Below are positions 27,381-36,707 of a stretch of DNA of 64,000 bases, one piece after another. Source of the stretch: an uncultured Gammaproteobacteria bacterium. GTDB taxonomy: Bacteria > Patescibacteriota > Microgenomatia > Levybacterales > UBA12049. The translations under genes were made by a program, and so were the position numbers. The notes under the pieces were generated by a model. That model made no database searches and was not told the origin of the DNA. It saw only the letters and a program-made list of their open reading frames with translations. The stretch is from positions 26,579-90,578 of the forward strand of contig CAYWPH010000001.1 in assembly GCA_964460145.1 (NCBI GenBank). Direction: 5' to 3'. Each line of letters opens with the position of its first letter. Within the stretch, counting starts at the first letter, position 1.

Positions 27381-27542
27381 TTTGACAAATAAAATATTTA
27401 GTGTTAGAATAAGCAAGTCAATGAAAAACTTAGTTATTAGTTTTGAAGATAAGTGCAAGAAGAACCTTTCAATGAGGGGTTTTGTCTTGTCGTAAATTTA
27501 GACCCAAAAGTAACGAGACGCCCCTCAGTAGAGGGGTTTTTT
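27381..27542 (+). promoter_or_regulatory. Leader-peptide attenuator A: promoter, 24-aa Lys-codon leader ORF (27421-27495), hairpin 1, intrinsic terminator (27519-27542)
   Basis: Promoter is -35 TTGACA, a 17-nt spacer and -10 TAGAAT. The ORF encodes MKNLVISFEDKCKKNLSMRGFVLS, with Lys codons at 27451-27462. GAGGGG (27474-79) can pair with either CCTT (27465-68) or the terminator arm CCCCTC (27521-26). The terminator is CCCCTC-AGTA-GAGGGG plus T6. Confidence 0.6.
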
Positions 27543-27653
27543 AATGGGAAAAACAAATATGGCAACAATAAATAGAAATGTAAAACTTATCCGTCGGGTA
27601 AAAACAGTTGATTATTTTGCAACTGTAGATTTTAGCATACTAAGGAGGTCATT

Positions 27654-28991
27654 ATGATTATTCTTAAATTTGGAGGCACATCTGTCAGTAGTACTAAAAG
27701 CCTAAAAACAATAGTAGATATTGTAAAAAGACAAAAAGATAAAAATCCTATTGTCGTAGTCTCAGCTGTTTCTGGTGTAACAGATTTATTACTATCTCTT
27801 TTTAAAAATGAAGGAAATAGAGAAACTATTCTTAAACAAATAGAAAATTTACATTCTAATTTAATAGAAGATTATTATGGAAAAGTTCCAATTGAACAAA
27901 GAGGTTATATTTTAGATTGTTTAAAAAAAGTAAACAAACTTTTAAATGGAAATGTAAATAATTTAGAACTTTGCGATGAAATTATTTCATTTGGAGAAAT
28001 TATGTCTTCATATATCATTGCAAATATATTAAATGGGTCTAATATTAATGCAAGACAAATCATTGCAACTTCATTAATTGTAACCAATGACCATTTTGGT
28101 TCTGCTGAATTTTTACCCAGTGAAACACAACAACAATCTAAAAAAATATTGATACCTCTTGTTAAAAAAGGGATAGTTCCAGTGGTTACTGGTTTTATTG
28201 GTCAAACAAAAAATGGAAAAATTACTACACTTGGAAGAGGCGGATCGGATTATACAGCAGCAATACTTGGATTTTGTCTCTCTGCTAAAGAAATTCAAAT
28301 ATGGACTGACGTAGATGGAATTTTTACTTCTGATCCTAAGCTTATCAAGCAAGCAAAAGTGATTTCAGACGTTTCATATAAAGAGGCCTCAGAGCTTGCT
28401 GCATTTGGCGCAAAAATTCTCCATCCAAGAACAATTCGCCCAGCAATTTCTTCCGGAATTCCAGTTAGAGTTCTAAATACTTTTAATCCAACTGCCAAAG
28501 GGACTATTATTAAAAATAGAGATAGACAAAAAAGTCATATTGTTGCAATAGCATCAAAAAGAAAAATTACACTTGTTACTATTTACTCAACAGATATGCT
28601 CTTGAGTAAAGGATTTTTAGTAAGAGTTTTTTCTATTTTTTCTAAATACAATATTTCAATCGATCTTGTTAGCGTTTCAGAAGTAAGTATATCAGCGTCT
28701 TTAGATAATGATGAAAATTTACAAAATGCTATAAAAGAACTGGAAAAATTTGCAACGATCACAACAACTCGGCAACTTGGAATGATATCTTTAATTGGAG
28801 AAAAAATTGTAAATGTTAAAAATATTTTAAAAGAGATTTTCTCAATTTTAGACAACTCAAACATTGAAGTAAAAATGATTTCTCTTGGCGCAACAGACAT
28901 AAATATTAGTTTAGTTTTACCATCTTTAAAAATAGATAAAAGTGTAAACTTATTACATAAAGCACTAATTAACAAAGGAGAGATTTTATGA
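27654..28991 (+). CDS. lysC: Aspartate kinase
   Basis: MIILKFGGTSV amino-acid kinase N-terminus with C-terminal ACT domains; preceded by an RBS. Confidence 0.9.
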   Translation: MIILKFGGTSVSSTKSLKTIVDIVKRQKDKNPIVVVSAVSGVTDLLLSLFKNEGNRETILKQIENLHSNLIEDYYGKVPIEQRGYILDCLKKVNKLLNGNVNNLELCDEIISFGEIMSSYIIANILNGSNINARQIIATSLIVTNDHFGSAEFLPSETQQQSKKILIPLVKKGIVPVVTGFIGQTKNGKITTLGRGGSDYTAAILGFCLSAKEIQIWTDVDGIFTSDPKLIKQAKVISDVSYKEASELAAFGAKILHPRTIRPAISSGIPVRVLNTFNPTAKGTIIKNRDRQKSHIVAIASKRKITLVTIYSTDMLLSKGFLVRVFSIFSKYNISIDLVSVSEVSISASLDNDENLQNAIKELEKFATITTTRQLGMISLIGEKIVNVKNILKEIFSILDNSNIEVKMISLGATDINISLVLPSLKIDKSVNLLHKALINKGEIL

Positions 28992-29737
28992 AAATAGGAT
29001 TGATTGGTTACGGTCACATGGGTCAGGAAATAGAAGCTTTAGTAAAAGAGCAAGGGCATTCTATTACCTCAATCAGTTTTAGAGAGAGAAGCTTAGGTTT
29101 GGATAAAGAGGGAATTAAAAATTCCGATGTGGTTATCGATTTTAGCTCACCTGAAATAATTATTTCTAATATAAAAGCTGTTATGGAGTTAAATAAACCC
29201 ATCGTTATCGGAACAACCGGTTGGTATCAAGACATTAAAAAAGTACAAAAAATTGTAAAACAATATAAAGGAAGTTTAATTTATGGACAGAATTTTTCTA
29301 TTGGCGCAAATATATTTTTCTCTATAGTCTCATATGCAGGTAGTCTTTTATCTCAATACAAAGATTATGATGTTTTTGGTATTGAAACTCACCACAGCGG
29401 TAAAAAAGACAGCCCCAGTGGTACTGCAAGAAAACTAGCTGAAATTATCATGCAAAACTTTCCTTCAAAAACAAAACTTCAATTAGAAAGACTTGATAGA
29501 AAAATACAAAAAGAAGAACTGCATTTTGTATCGGTAAGAGGAGGAAGAAATTTCGGCCGGCATGAAATTGTATTTGATAGTCCAGCTGATGAAATTGTGC
29601 TTACTCATCAGGTTTGGAGTAGAAGAGGTTTTGCACAGGGTGCTTTACTTTCCGCGCAGTTTATTTTGTCAAAAAAAGGCTTTTATAACTTCAACGATAT
29701 TTTTAATAATACAAAAAGGCGGGTGAGAACAAAATGA
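28988..29737 (+). CDS. dapB: 4-Hydroxy-tetrahydrodipicolinate reductase
   Basis: GYGHMGQ NAD-binding site and the IETHHSGKKDSPSGTA DapB signature. Confidence 0.85.
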   Translation: MKIGLIGYGHMGQEIEALVKEQGHSITSISFRERSLGLDKEGIKNSDVVIDFSSPEIIISNIKAVMELNKPIVIGTTGWYQDIKKVQKIVKQYKGSLIYGQNFSIGANIFFSIVSYAGSLLSQYKDYDVFGIETHHSGKKDSPSGTARKLAEIIMQNFPSKTKLQLERLDRKIQKEELHFVSVRGGRNFGRHEIVFDSPADEIVLTHQVWSRRGFAQGALLSAQFILSKKGFYNFNDIFNNTKRRVRTK

Positions 29738-30618
29738 AAAAATTTACAGGTGCAATAACAGCTCTTACAACACCTTTTAAAAAAGATGGGTCAATAGATA
29801 TTGAATCTTTAAAATCCTTAGTTAAATTTCAATTAAGGGAAGGTATTGACGGTATTGTTCCTTGCGGTTCAACAGGAGAGGCGGCAACTTTAAATGATGA
29901 AGAATATCAACTCGTTGTAAAAACCGTAGTTGAACAAGTTAACGGTAGAGTACCGGTAATAGCGGGTGCAGGGAGTAACGACACATTAAAAGCAGTTCAT
30001 TTTTCTTTACTTTCCAAAAAAATGGGAGCAGACGCTCTTTTACATGTTACACCATACTACAATAAACCAACTGTAAACGGTTTAGTTGCTCATTACAAAG
30101 CAATTGCTAAAGCAGTTGATATGCCTATTGTTTTATACAATGTTCCTGGAAGAACAGGATTAAATGCATCAGCGGATACAACTTTAAAAATTGCAAAAAA
30201 TGTCCCGCAGGTAGTTGCGGTAAAAGAAGCATCGGGAAATTTAACACAAATGATGGAAATTGTAAAAAAAGCTCCATCTTATTTTAGTGTTTTATCAGGA
30301 GATGATATTTTAACCTTGCCACTTATTAGCGTAGGAGGACACGGTTGTATATCTGTTGTTTCCAATGAGGTTCCAAAATTCTTTAGTCAATTAATTGCTT
30401 ATGCACTGAATGGAGACTTTAAAAAAGCAAAACAAATGCATTACAAACTACTGGATTTAATGAATGTGAACTTTATCGAAACCAATCCTCTTCCTGTTAA
30501 AGCAGCACTTTCTTTAATGGGAAAAATTGAAGAGGTATTTAGGTTGCCTTTAGTTCCAATGGAAGAGAAAAATAAACTTGTACTTAAAGATGTTTTGAGG
30601 GACTTAGATTTAATATGA
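29734..30618 (+). CDS. dapA: 4-Hydroxy-tetrahydrodipicolinate synthase
   Basis: GIVPCGSTGEAATL and the DapA/NAL family Lys region VAVKEASGN. Confidence 0.85.
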   Translation: MKKFTGAITALTTPFKKDGSIDIESLKSLVKFQLREGIDGIVPCGSTGEAATLNDEEYQLVVKTVVEQVNGRVPVIAGAGSNDTLKAVHFSLLSKKMGADALLHVTPYYNKPTVNGLVAHYKAIAKAVDMPIVLYNVPGRTGLNASADTTLKIAKNVPQVVAVKEASGNLTQMMEIVKKAPSYFSVLSGDDILTLPLISVGGHGCISVVSNEVPKFFSQLIAYALNGDFKKAKQMHYKLLDLMNVNFIETNPLPVKAALSLMGKIEEVFRLPLVPMEEKNKLVLKDVLRDLDLI

Positions 30619-31661
30619 GAAAAATATCTGTTGGAATTTTAGGAGCAACCGGAAATGTGGGACAGCGGTTTGTGCAACTTTTGGATAATCATCCGTGGTT
30701 TGAAGTTAAATATCTTTGTGCGTCTGAAAAAAGTTATGGGCAAAGGTATGGAGATATTGTAAATTGGAAAGTTTCTCCAAAAATACCTGAAAACGTAGCT
30801 AGCATGAGGCTTCGTTTATGTGTGCCTAATTTTAAAGCACGGGTTGTATTTTCTGCGCTTGATTCATTAGTTGCCGGTCCAATTGAGGAAGATTTTGCCA
30901 AAAGTGGATACATTGTTATTAGTAATTCCAAAAATCACAGAATGGATAAAGATGTTCCCCTTCTTATTCCAGAAGTAAATCCAGAGCACCTAGATTTAAT
31001 ACCAGTTCAAAGGAAAAGATTAGGAGGGAAAGGTTTTATTGTCACAAACCCAAATTGTACAACGATAGGTCTTACTATGGCGCTTAAACCATTGCAAGAT
31101 GCATTTGGAGTCAGCAAAGTCATAGTCACCACAATGCAGGCATTATCTGGAGCAGGATATCCAGGAGTCCCATCTTTAGATGCAATTGATAATGTAGTGC
31201 CATATATAGGAGATGAAGAAGAAAAAGTTGAAACAGAACCTTTAAAACTACTAGGTAGTTTAGGAAATGGGAAAATAAGCAATGCAAATATTGCAATAAG
31301 TGCACATTGTAATCGTGTTGCAGTTAGGGATGGACATTTAGAATCAGTAACGGTTGAACTAATTAAAAAAGCCGGTATTGAAGAGATTTTAAAAGTTTTT
31401 AGAGATTTTAAAAGTATTCCTCAAAAATTAAATCTTCCATCAGCCCCCCAAAATCCCATTATTGTTCGCATGGAAAATGACAGGCCCCAGCCTGTATTAG
31501 ACAGGGATATAAATAACGGAATGTCGGTAAGTATTGGAAGAGTCAGGCAGTCAAGTATTTTTGATATTAAATTTACTCTTTTGGTCCATAATACTATACG
31601 TGGTGCCGCCGGAGCAGCTATACTAAATGCAGAACTTATGAAAGCAAAAAATATTATTTAA
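30615..31661 (+). CDS. asd: Aspartate-semialdehyde dehydrogenase
   Basis: [13 protein letters not shown]-binding site; active-site region [11 protein letters not shown]; HCNRVAV. Confidence 0.85.
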   Translation: MRKISVGILGATGNVGQRFVQLLDNHPWFEVKYLCASEKSYGQRYGDIVNWKVSPKIPENVASMRLRLCVPNFKARVVFSALDSLVAGPIEEDFAKSGYIVISNSKNHRMDKDVPLLIPEVNPEHLDLIPVQRKRLGGKGFIVTNPNCTTIGLTMALKPLQDAFGVSKVIVTTMQALSGAGYPGVPSLDAIDNVVPYIGDEEEKVETEPLKLLGSLGNGKISNANIAISAHCNRVAVRDGHLESVTVELIKKAGIEEILKVFRDFKSIPQKLNLPSAPQNPIIVRMENDRPQPVLDRDINNGMSVSIGRVRQSSIFDIKFTLLVHNTIRGAAGAAILNAELMKAKNII

Positions 31662-31670
31662 AAAACATTA

Positions 31671-31828
31671 TTGACAATTTTAGTCCTATAATATAAAATT
31701 ACAATATTATGAATTATATCTTTAATTTAGTAAATAAAGAGACAAAAAAGAACCTCTTAACGAGGGGATTTGTCTTGTAATAAATTTAATTAATGAAACA
31801 GGATAAGCCCCTCTTCGAGGGGTTTTTT
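31671..31828 (+). promoter_or_regulatory. Leader-peptide attenuator B: promoter, 23-aa Lys-codon leader ORF (31709-31780), intrinsic terminator (31806-31828)
   Basis: Promoter is -35 TTGACA plus -10 TAAAAT. The ORF encodes MNYIFNLVNKETKKNLLTRGFVL. The CCTC/GAGGGG hairpin and the CCCCTC-TTC-GAGGGG plus T6 terminator are near-identical to attenuator A. Confidence 0.6.
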
Positions 31829-31840
31829 AGTGAAAAAAAT

Positions 31841-32857
31841 ATGAGAGAAAGGTTATCTTTTCAGTATCGGGAAAGTGAAAATGCCGACTTTATTGCATGG
31901 CAATTTAATTCTTGTGGTTCAGTATATACGGCAGCTGCCATAGACAATAATAGAGTTCTTGTTGGAGGAAGTCTTTGGCAAAGAAAATTTGTTCCGTTTT
32001 CCGATGATTCAAGAACGCAGCAGGGAGTAGTGCAAGCTGTTGGTGGTCAAGAATGGCATCCAGAAACAATAAAGTTTTCTTCGATGGTAAATTCTGTCTT
32101 GCCTTTTAGGGACAGATACATTGTTTGTTGTAAATATGGAGAACAAGCATATAGCGTTATAGGTCAAGATCTGCAAGTTCAAAAAACCGCAGATGATTCA
32201 AGAGGTAATGGTGTTTATAACGCTTTGATTACTAGCGAAGAAGAGCTTGTTTCTGCAGTTAGAAATGGCGGCTTGTCATTTCGTAATCCATTTACTCTTG
32301 ACTTAATTGATTATGTTAGCTTATCCGGAAATGTGCGTTTATGGTCAGTGGCTCAACTGCTGGAAGGCAGGTTGATTGCTGGAGATTACGCGGGTATGAT
32401 TTATATAGTTAAAGATGGGAAATTAGAATCTGTATTTAATCTTGGTAATCAGTCAAGACAAGAAGTGCCTGAATTTCAGCAAAGATTCGAGCCGTCTGTA
32501 TTTGGACTTTCAGTATCAGACGCGGGAAATGTAGCAGCTGCGGTTAGATGGGGAGGTATATACTGGTTTAATCGGGAAATGGAGCTTGAGAGGTCTTTAA
32601 TTATTCCACATGAGATATCAACTGTTGAGTATGTTCCCGAGTCAGAGGATCTTTTAATTGGAACAAGATCCGGGTCTCTTTTGCACTTAAGAGATTTAGA
32701 CAATGAAATAATGCTTACAAGATTATTATCTATAAAACCGGCTTTGCAAAATGATAACTCTATTTGGTCTATTTCTTTTGATCTAGATAAAAGGCCAATT
32801 GTTGCTTTTGCAGATGGGCAAGTAATAAAAATTAGTCAATTAGCGCAAAGAGATTAG
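31841..32857 (+). CDS. Hypothetical beta-propeller-like protein (atypical composition), first gene of the lysK operon
   Basis: About 8 repeated blade-like segments (e.g. RVLVGGSLW, YIVKDGKL, LLIGTRSGSLLHL, IVAFADGQVIKI). GC is higher than the neighbours. The listed start 31793 overlaps the terminator, so ATG 31841 is preferred. Confidence 0.5.
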   Translation: MRERLSFQYRESENADFIAWQFNSCGSVYTAAAIDNNRVLVGGSLWQRKFVPFSDDSRTQQGVVQAVGGQEWHPETIKFSSMVNSVLPFRDRYIVCCKYGEQAYSVIGQDLQVQKTADDSRGNGVYNALITSEEELVSAVRNGGLSFRNPFTLDLIDYVSLSGNVRLWSVAQLLEGRLIAGDYAGMIYIVKDGKLESVFNLGNQSRQEVPEFQQRFEPSVFGLSVSDAGNVAAAVRWGGIYWFNREMELERSLIIPHEISTVEYVPESEDLLIGTRSGSLLHLRDLDNEIMLTRLLSIKPALQNDNSIWSISFDLDKRPIVAFADGQVIKISQLAQRD

Positions 32858-32902
32858 ATTTATCTTTATTCTTTGCAAACGAATAGGTATAATAATAACA
32901 TT

Positions 32903-34429
32903 ATGTTTTGGGCAGATAAAACAGCAGACGAAATAATAAAATCGGGAAAATATAAACCATATTGGGTTGACGACATGAAAACCCCATCTGGCAGAGTTCA
33001 TGTGGGAGCTTTACGTGGAGTAGTAGTTCATGATCTTGTATACAAAGCACTTCTTAAAAAAGGAGTAAAAGCAAAATACACATATGTTTTTGAAGACCAC
33101 GACCCAATGGATGATATACCATCATATTTAGATAGGGAAAAATTTGAGCAGTATTTAGGTATGCCTCTTTTTAAAATTCCCTCCCCGGTTGAAGGATTTG
33201 AGAATTATGCGAGATATTACGCAGCAGATTTTCAAAAAGTATTCAATGCAATAGGATGTGAGCCGGAAATTATTTGGACTAAAGACTTATACACAAGCGG
33301 AAAAATTAATCCAATGATTAAAGATGTTTTGGATAACGCAGCTGAAATTAGAAAAATATATGAAGAAATGTATGATAAAAAATTGCCAGATAACTGGTAT
33401 CCGTTTCAATTGTATTGTCCAAATTGCGGTAAGGTTTCAACAACCCAAGTTTCCGATTGGGACGGAGAGCTAGTTACCTTTGAATGTCTGGTAGATAAAG
33501 TGAAATGGACAAAAGGCTGCGGGGAAAAGGGAAAAGCCTCGCCATTTAGCAGTGAGAAAGGAATTGTCGGAAAACTTGTTTGGAAAGTTGATTGGCCAGC
33601 AAAATGGAAAGCAATAGGAATAACGATTGAGGGAGCAGGAAAAGATCATATGTCCAAAGGAGGATCACATGATTTAGCAAGTCAAGTTTGCAAAAGAGTT
33701 CTGCATTACCCTATTCCTTATCCAATACCTTATGAGTGGATTTTAATTGGTGGTCGAAAAATGTCTTCTTCCAAAGGAGTGGGAATTGTAGCCTCAGACA
33801 TGCTTGAAATTCTGCCTCCAGAATTAATTCGATTTTTAATTGTAAGAATTAAAGTAAATACACAGATTAATTTTGATCCTGCAGAACCCAATACAATTGC
33901 AAATCTATTTGATGATTATCAAAAGTCGGCTGATGCATATTTCAATAAAGGAGATAGTGATCTTGCCCGAATTTTTGAACTTTCACAAATTGAAGGAAAA
34001 ATTAAACATCCTCCATCTGTTAGATTTTCACTTCTAACGCAATGGGTGCAGATGCACAATATGGAAGAAGAAATTAAAAAAAATAATTTAGGGGACTGGG
34101 TAGTATATGCAAAAAACTGGGTAGAAAAATATGCGCCTGAAAGTGAAAGATTTACTGTGCAAAAAGATACGCCATCACAAGTTAGTAAGTTGTCCAACGA
34201 ACAAAGAAAAGCTCTAAAGCAAATTGCAGATAGCCTTGATAAAAAATGGACACCCGAAGAATTGCAAACGAGAGTTTACGATATAGGAAAAAATTTAGGC
34301 TTAAACGGCAAACAAACTTTTGCGGCAATTTATCTATCTCTGCTTGGAAAAGACCATGGTCCAAAAGCGGCGTGGTTGATACTATCTTTGGAGAAAGAGT
34401 TTGTTAAAAAAAGATTTAATGAGGTCTAG
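32903..34429 (+). CDS. lysK: Class I lysyl-tRNA synthetase
   Basis: MFWADK N-terminus; HIGH-like HVGA; KMSKS motif as KMSSSKG; about 510 aa, typical of LysRS-I. Confidence 0.75.
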   Translation: MFWADKTADEIIKSGKYKPYWVDDMKTPSGRVHVGALRGVVVHDLVYKALLKKGVKAKYTYVFEDHDPMDDIPSYLDREKFEQYLGMPLFKIPSPVEGFENYARYYAADFQKVFNAIGCEPEIIWTKDLYTSGKINPMIKDVLDNAAEIRKIYEEMYDKKLPDNWYPFQLYCPNCGKVSTTQVSDWDGELVTFECLVDKVKWTKGCGEKGKASPFSSEKGIVGKLVWKVDWPAKWKAIGITIEGAGKDHMSKGGSHDLASQVCKRVLHYPIPYPIPYEWILIGGRKMSSSKGVGIVASDMLEILPPELIRFLIVRIKVNTQINFDPAEPNTIANLFDDYQKSADAYFNKGDSDLARIFELSQIEGKIKHPPSVRFSLLTQWVQMHNMEEEIKKNNLGDWVVYAKNWVEKYAPESERFTVQKDTPSQVSKLSNEQRKALKQIADSLDKKWTPEELQTRVYDIGKNLGLNGKQTFAAIYLSLLGKDHGPKAAWLILSLEKEFVKKRFNEV

Positions 34430-34611
34430 TTCTGGAATTCCTACGAGTATAATTAAATATCCTGCGTCCCCGATCATTCATTCTTTTTAGGCGTATAGTT
34501 TCTTCAAATCCCGCATGCGCTCTTTCGGGTTTTGTAGTTGCTGGATTTGTTTTCTTTTTTAATGTTTCATTATTACTCATAGCAATAAATAATACCATTT
34601 TAGCTTTTGTA

Positions 34612-34632
34612 CGGCAATGGTATACTGTTTTT
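34612..34632 (+). promoter_or_regulatory. Extended -10 promoter (TGGTATACT, 34618-34626) 6 nt upstream of ATG: leaderless
   Basis: Same -10-to-ATG spacing (6 nt) as the R1-R3 cassette promoters; no Shine-Dalgarno sequence. Confidence 0.45.
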
Positions 34633-35196
34633 ATGAAAAAGATTTTTGTAGCAACTGGAAATAAAGGTAAAGTAGGTGAAATTTCTGATATATTACAAAT
34701 TCCTCTTGAATTTGCAGATATAGAAATTGATGAAGTTCAAAGTATGGATTTGGAATATGTAGCACGACAAAAGGCAAAGGAAGCATTCAAAATACTAAAA
34801 AAACCAGTAATAGTTGATGATGTGGGTGTTTATATAGAAGCTTGGAATTCGTTTCCCGGACCTTTTGTAAAATATGCTCATGTACTTTTAGGTAATAAAA
34901 AAATTCTAGACCTTTTAAAAAATGAAAAAAACAGAAAAGTTATTGTTCAAAGTGCGGTTGCATATCACGATGGAACAAAAATCCACACATTTATAGGAAC
35001 AGTTAAAGGCACTCTTTCCTTTGAAGAAAAAGGGAAAGAAGGTTGGGGATTTGATCCAATTATTATTCCTTTTGGGGAAAAGTTAACCTTTGGAGAAATG
35101 GGCATTAAAAGAAAAAACCAAGTTTCACATAGAGCAAAAGCGCTAGATAAATTTAAAAAATTTTTAGATAGTCAAAAGCAAAAAAAAGAGATATAA
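34633..35196 (+). CDS. rdgB: Non-canonical purine NTP pyrophosphatase (RdgB/Ham1, ITPase)
   Basis: MKKIFVATGNKGKVGE and the Ham1 family signature. Confidence 0.85.
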   Translation: MKKIFVATGNKGKVGEISDILQIPLEFADIEIDEVQSMDLEYVARQKAKEAFKILKKPVIVDDVGVYIEAWNSFPGPFVKYAHVLLGNKKILDLLKNEKNRKVIVQSAVAYHDGTKIHTFIGTVKGTLSFEEKGKEGWGFDPIIIPFGEKLTFGEMGIKRKNQVSHRAKALDKFKKFLDSQKQKKEI

Positions 35197-35203
35197 TCTA
35201 CTC

Positions 35204-36427
35204 ATGCTTGATATAAAATTTATTAGAGAAAATCCAGATTTAATCTTAAAAAAGGCAAAAGATAAGGGGATAGAAGTTAATATTGAACACGTATTGGAGC
35301 TTGATAGTAAGCTTAGGGGTCTGGATACTATGGTTCAATCTCTTCGAGAAGAAAGAAATAGGACTGCAAAAGAAAAAAACATTGAAAAGGGTAAGGAAAT
35401 AAAAGTAAAGCTTGAGAAGGAGGAAAATGCATTCAATGCAATTAGAGAAGAATTAAACAGATACCTTTTACAAATTCCAAATCCTGCAAAAGACGATGTG
35501 AAGGTTGGAAAGAATGATAGCGAGAATGAAGTTTTAAGAAAAGTAGGAGACCCTACTAAATTTGATTTTACCCCCAAAGACCATCTTAACTTAGGAGAAA
35601 AACTAGATATTATTGACGTGGCTAGAGCTTCCAAGATATCAGGTGCAAGATTTTATTTTTTGAAAAATGATGGCGCTCTTTTAGAATTTGCCCTAAGACA
35701 ACTTGCTTTTGATATTCTCTTAAAAGAAGGTTTCATTCCTTTGGTTCCACCGGTTTTAATTAAAACAGAAATAATGAAAGGACTGGGATACATGGAAAAT
35801 GGTGGAGATGAGGATATGTATATTTTGGATAAGGATGATCTAGTTTTAGTTGGAACAAGTGAACAATCTATTGTTGCAATGCATAAAGATGAAGTCTTAA
35901 ATCTAAAAGATCTTCCTAAAAGATATGTAGGTTTTTCTACTTGTTTTAGAAGGGAAGCAGGGAGTTATGGAAAAGATACAAGAGGAATTTTAAGAGCTCA
36001 TCAGTTTGATAAAGTTGAAATGGTTTCTTTTACAAGCCAAGGAGAAGATGATAGAGAGCATGAATACCTTTTGTCAATTGAGGAAAAATTACTTCAGGCA
36101 TTGGGTATCCCATATCAGGTTGTAAAGATGTGTAGCGGTGATTTAGGTTATCCAGCAGCCAGAAAGTATGATCTTGAAGCCTGGATTCCTTCAGAAAATA
36201 AATATAGAGAGGTTACCTCAACATCTACAACAACAGATTTTCAAGCAAGAAGACTCAATATTAAATATCAAGATGGAAACGAAAAAAAGTATGTAAATAT
36301 TTTAAACGGTACAGCTTTTTCTACAAGACCAATTATTGCTATTTTAGAAAATTATCAAAAGGAAGATGGTTCTATAAAAGTTCCTGAGGTTTTGCAAAAA
36401 TATATGGGTAAAAGCGTAATAAAATAG
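35204..36427 (+). CDS. serS: Seryl-tRNA synthetase
   Basis: N-terminal coiled-coil arm (MLDIKFIRENPD...); class II motifs (FRREAGSYGKDTRGILRAHQFDKVE). Confidence 0.9.
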   Translation: MLDIKFIRENPDLILKKAKDKGIEVNIEHVLELDSKLRGLDTMVQSLREERNRTAKEKNIEKGKEIKVKLEKEENAFNAIREELNRYLLQIPNPAKDDVKVGKNDSENEVLRKVGDPTKFDFTPKDHLNLGEKLDIIDVARASKISGARFYFLKNDGALLEFALRQLAFDILLKEGFIPLVPPVLIKTEIMKGLGYMENGGDEDMYILDKDDLVLVGTSEQSIVAMHKDEVLNLKDLPKRYVGFSTCFRREAGSYGKDTRGILRAHQFDKVEMVSFTSQGEDDREHEYLLSIEEKLLQALGIPYQVVKMCSGDLGYPAARKYDLEAWIPSENKYREVTSTSTTTDFQARRLNIKYQDGNEKKYVNILNGTAFSTRPIIAILENYQKEDGSIKVPEVLQKYMGKSVIK

Positions 36428-36495
36428 TAATAATTAGCCTCATTAATTTTTATTGCTAAATCAACCAAAAGTCTCCATTTTGAAGCAGGGAAAAT

Positions 36496-36707
36496 TTCTT
36501 GACATTGTAATAAAAATATTACAATATAAAACTAATTAACGTTCCTCACTAATTTAGTGAACGAATTTATAAATTAAAAGGGAGGTGAATTGACAATGGC
36601 AAAGAAAAAGAAGAAGAAGAAATAGTTGGTAAGCAATTTGGAGCATTACCAATTATTACCAATTGATCAATTGGTGTCCCTCACCCTAGTGGTGAGGGAT
36701 TTTTTTT
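36496..36707 (+). promoter_or_regulatory. secA leader: promoter, RBS-driven poly-Lys mini-ORF MAKKKKKKK (36596-36625), stem-loops, intrinsic terminator (36678-36707)
   Basis: -35 TTGACA at 36496. The mini-ORF has a strong ribosome-binding site GGAGGTG 8 nt upstream and codons GCA AAG AAA AAG AAG AAG AAG AAA TAG. The terminator is CCCTCACC-CTAGT-GGTGAGGG plus T8. Upstream palindromes TTGGTAA...TTACCAA and CCAATTGATCAATTGG offer competing structures. Confidence 0.55.

Noticed and set aside
31793-31840. Start of the propeller-protein ORF at 31793 (MKQDKPLFEGFF)
   Set aside because: These codons are the stem-loop of the leader terminator (GCCCCTCTTCGAGGGGTTTTTT). The start is more likely at ATG 31841.
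34416-34598. 60-aa minus-strand ORF in the lysK-rdgB intergenic region
   Set aside because: It overlaps the lysK 3' end and has no promoter or ribosome-binding site. The region is better explained by a weak terminator hairpin (CCCG...CGGG plus T) and the rdgB leaderless promoter.
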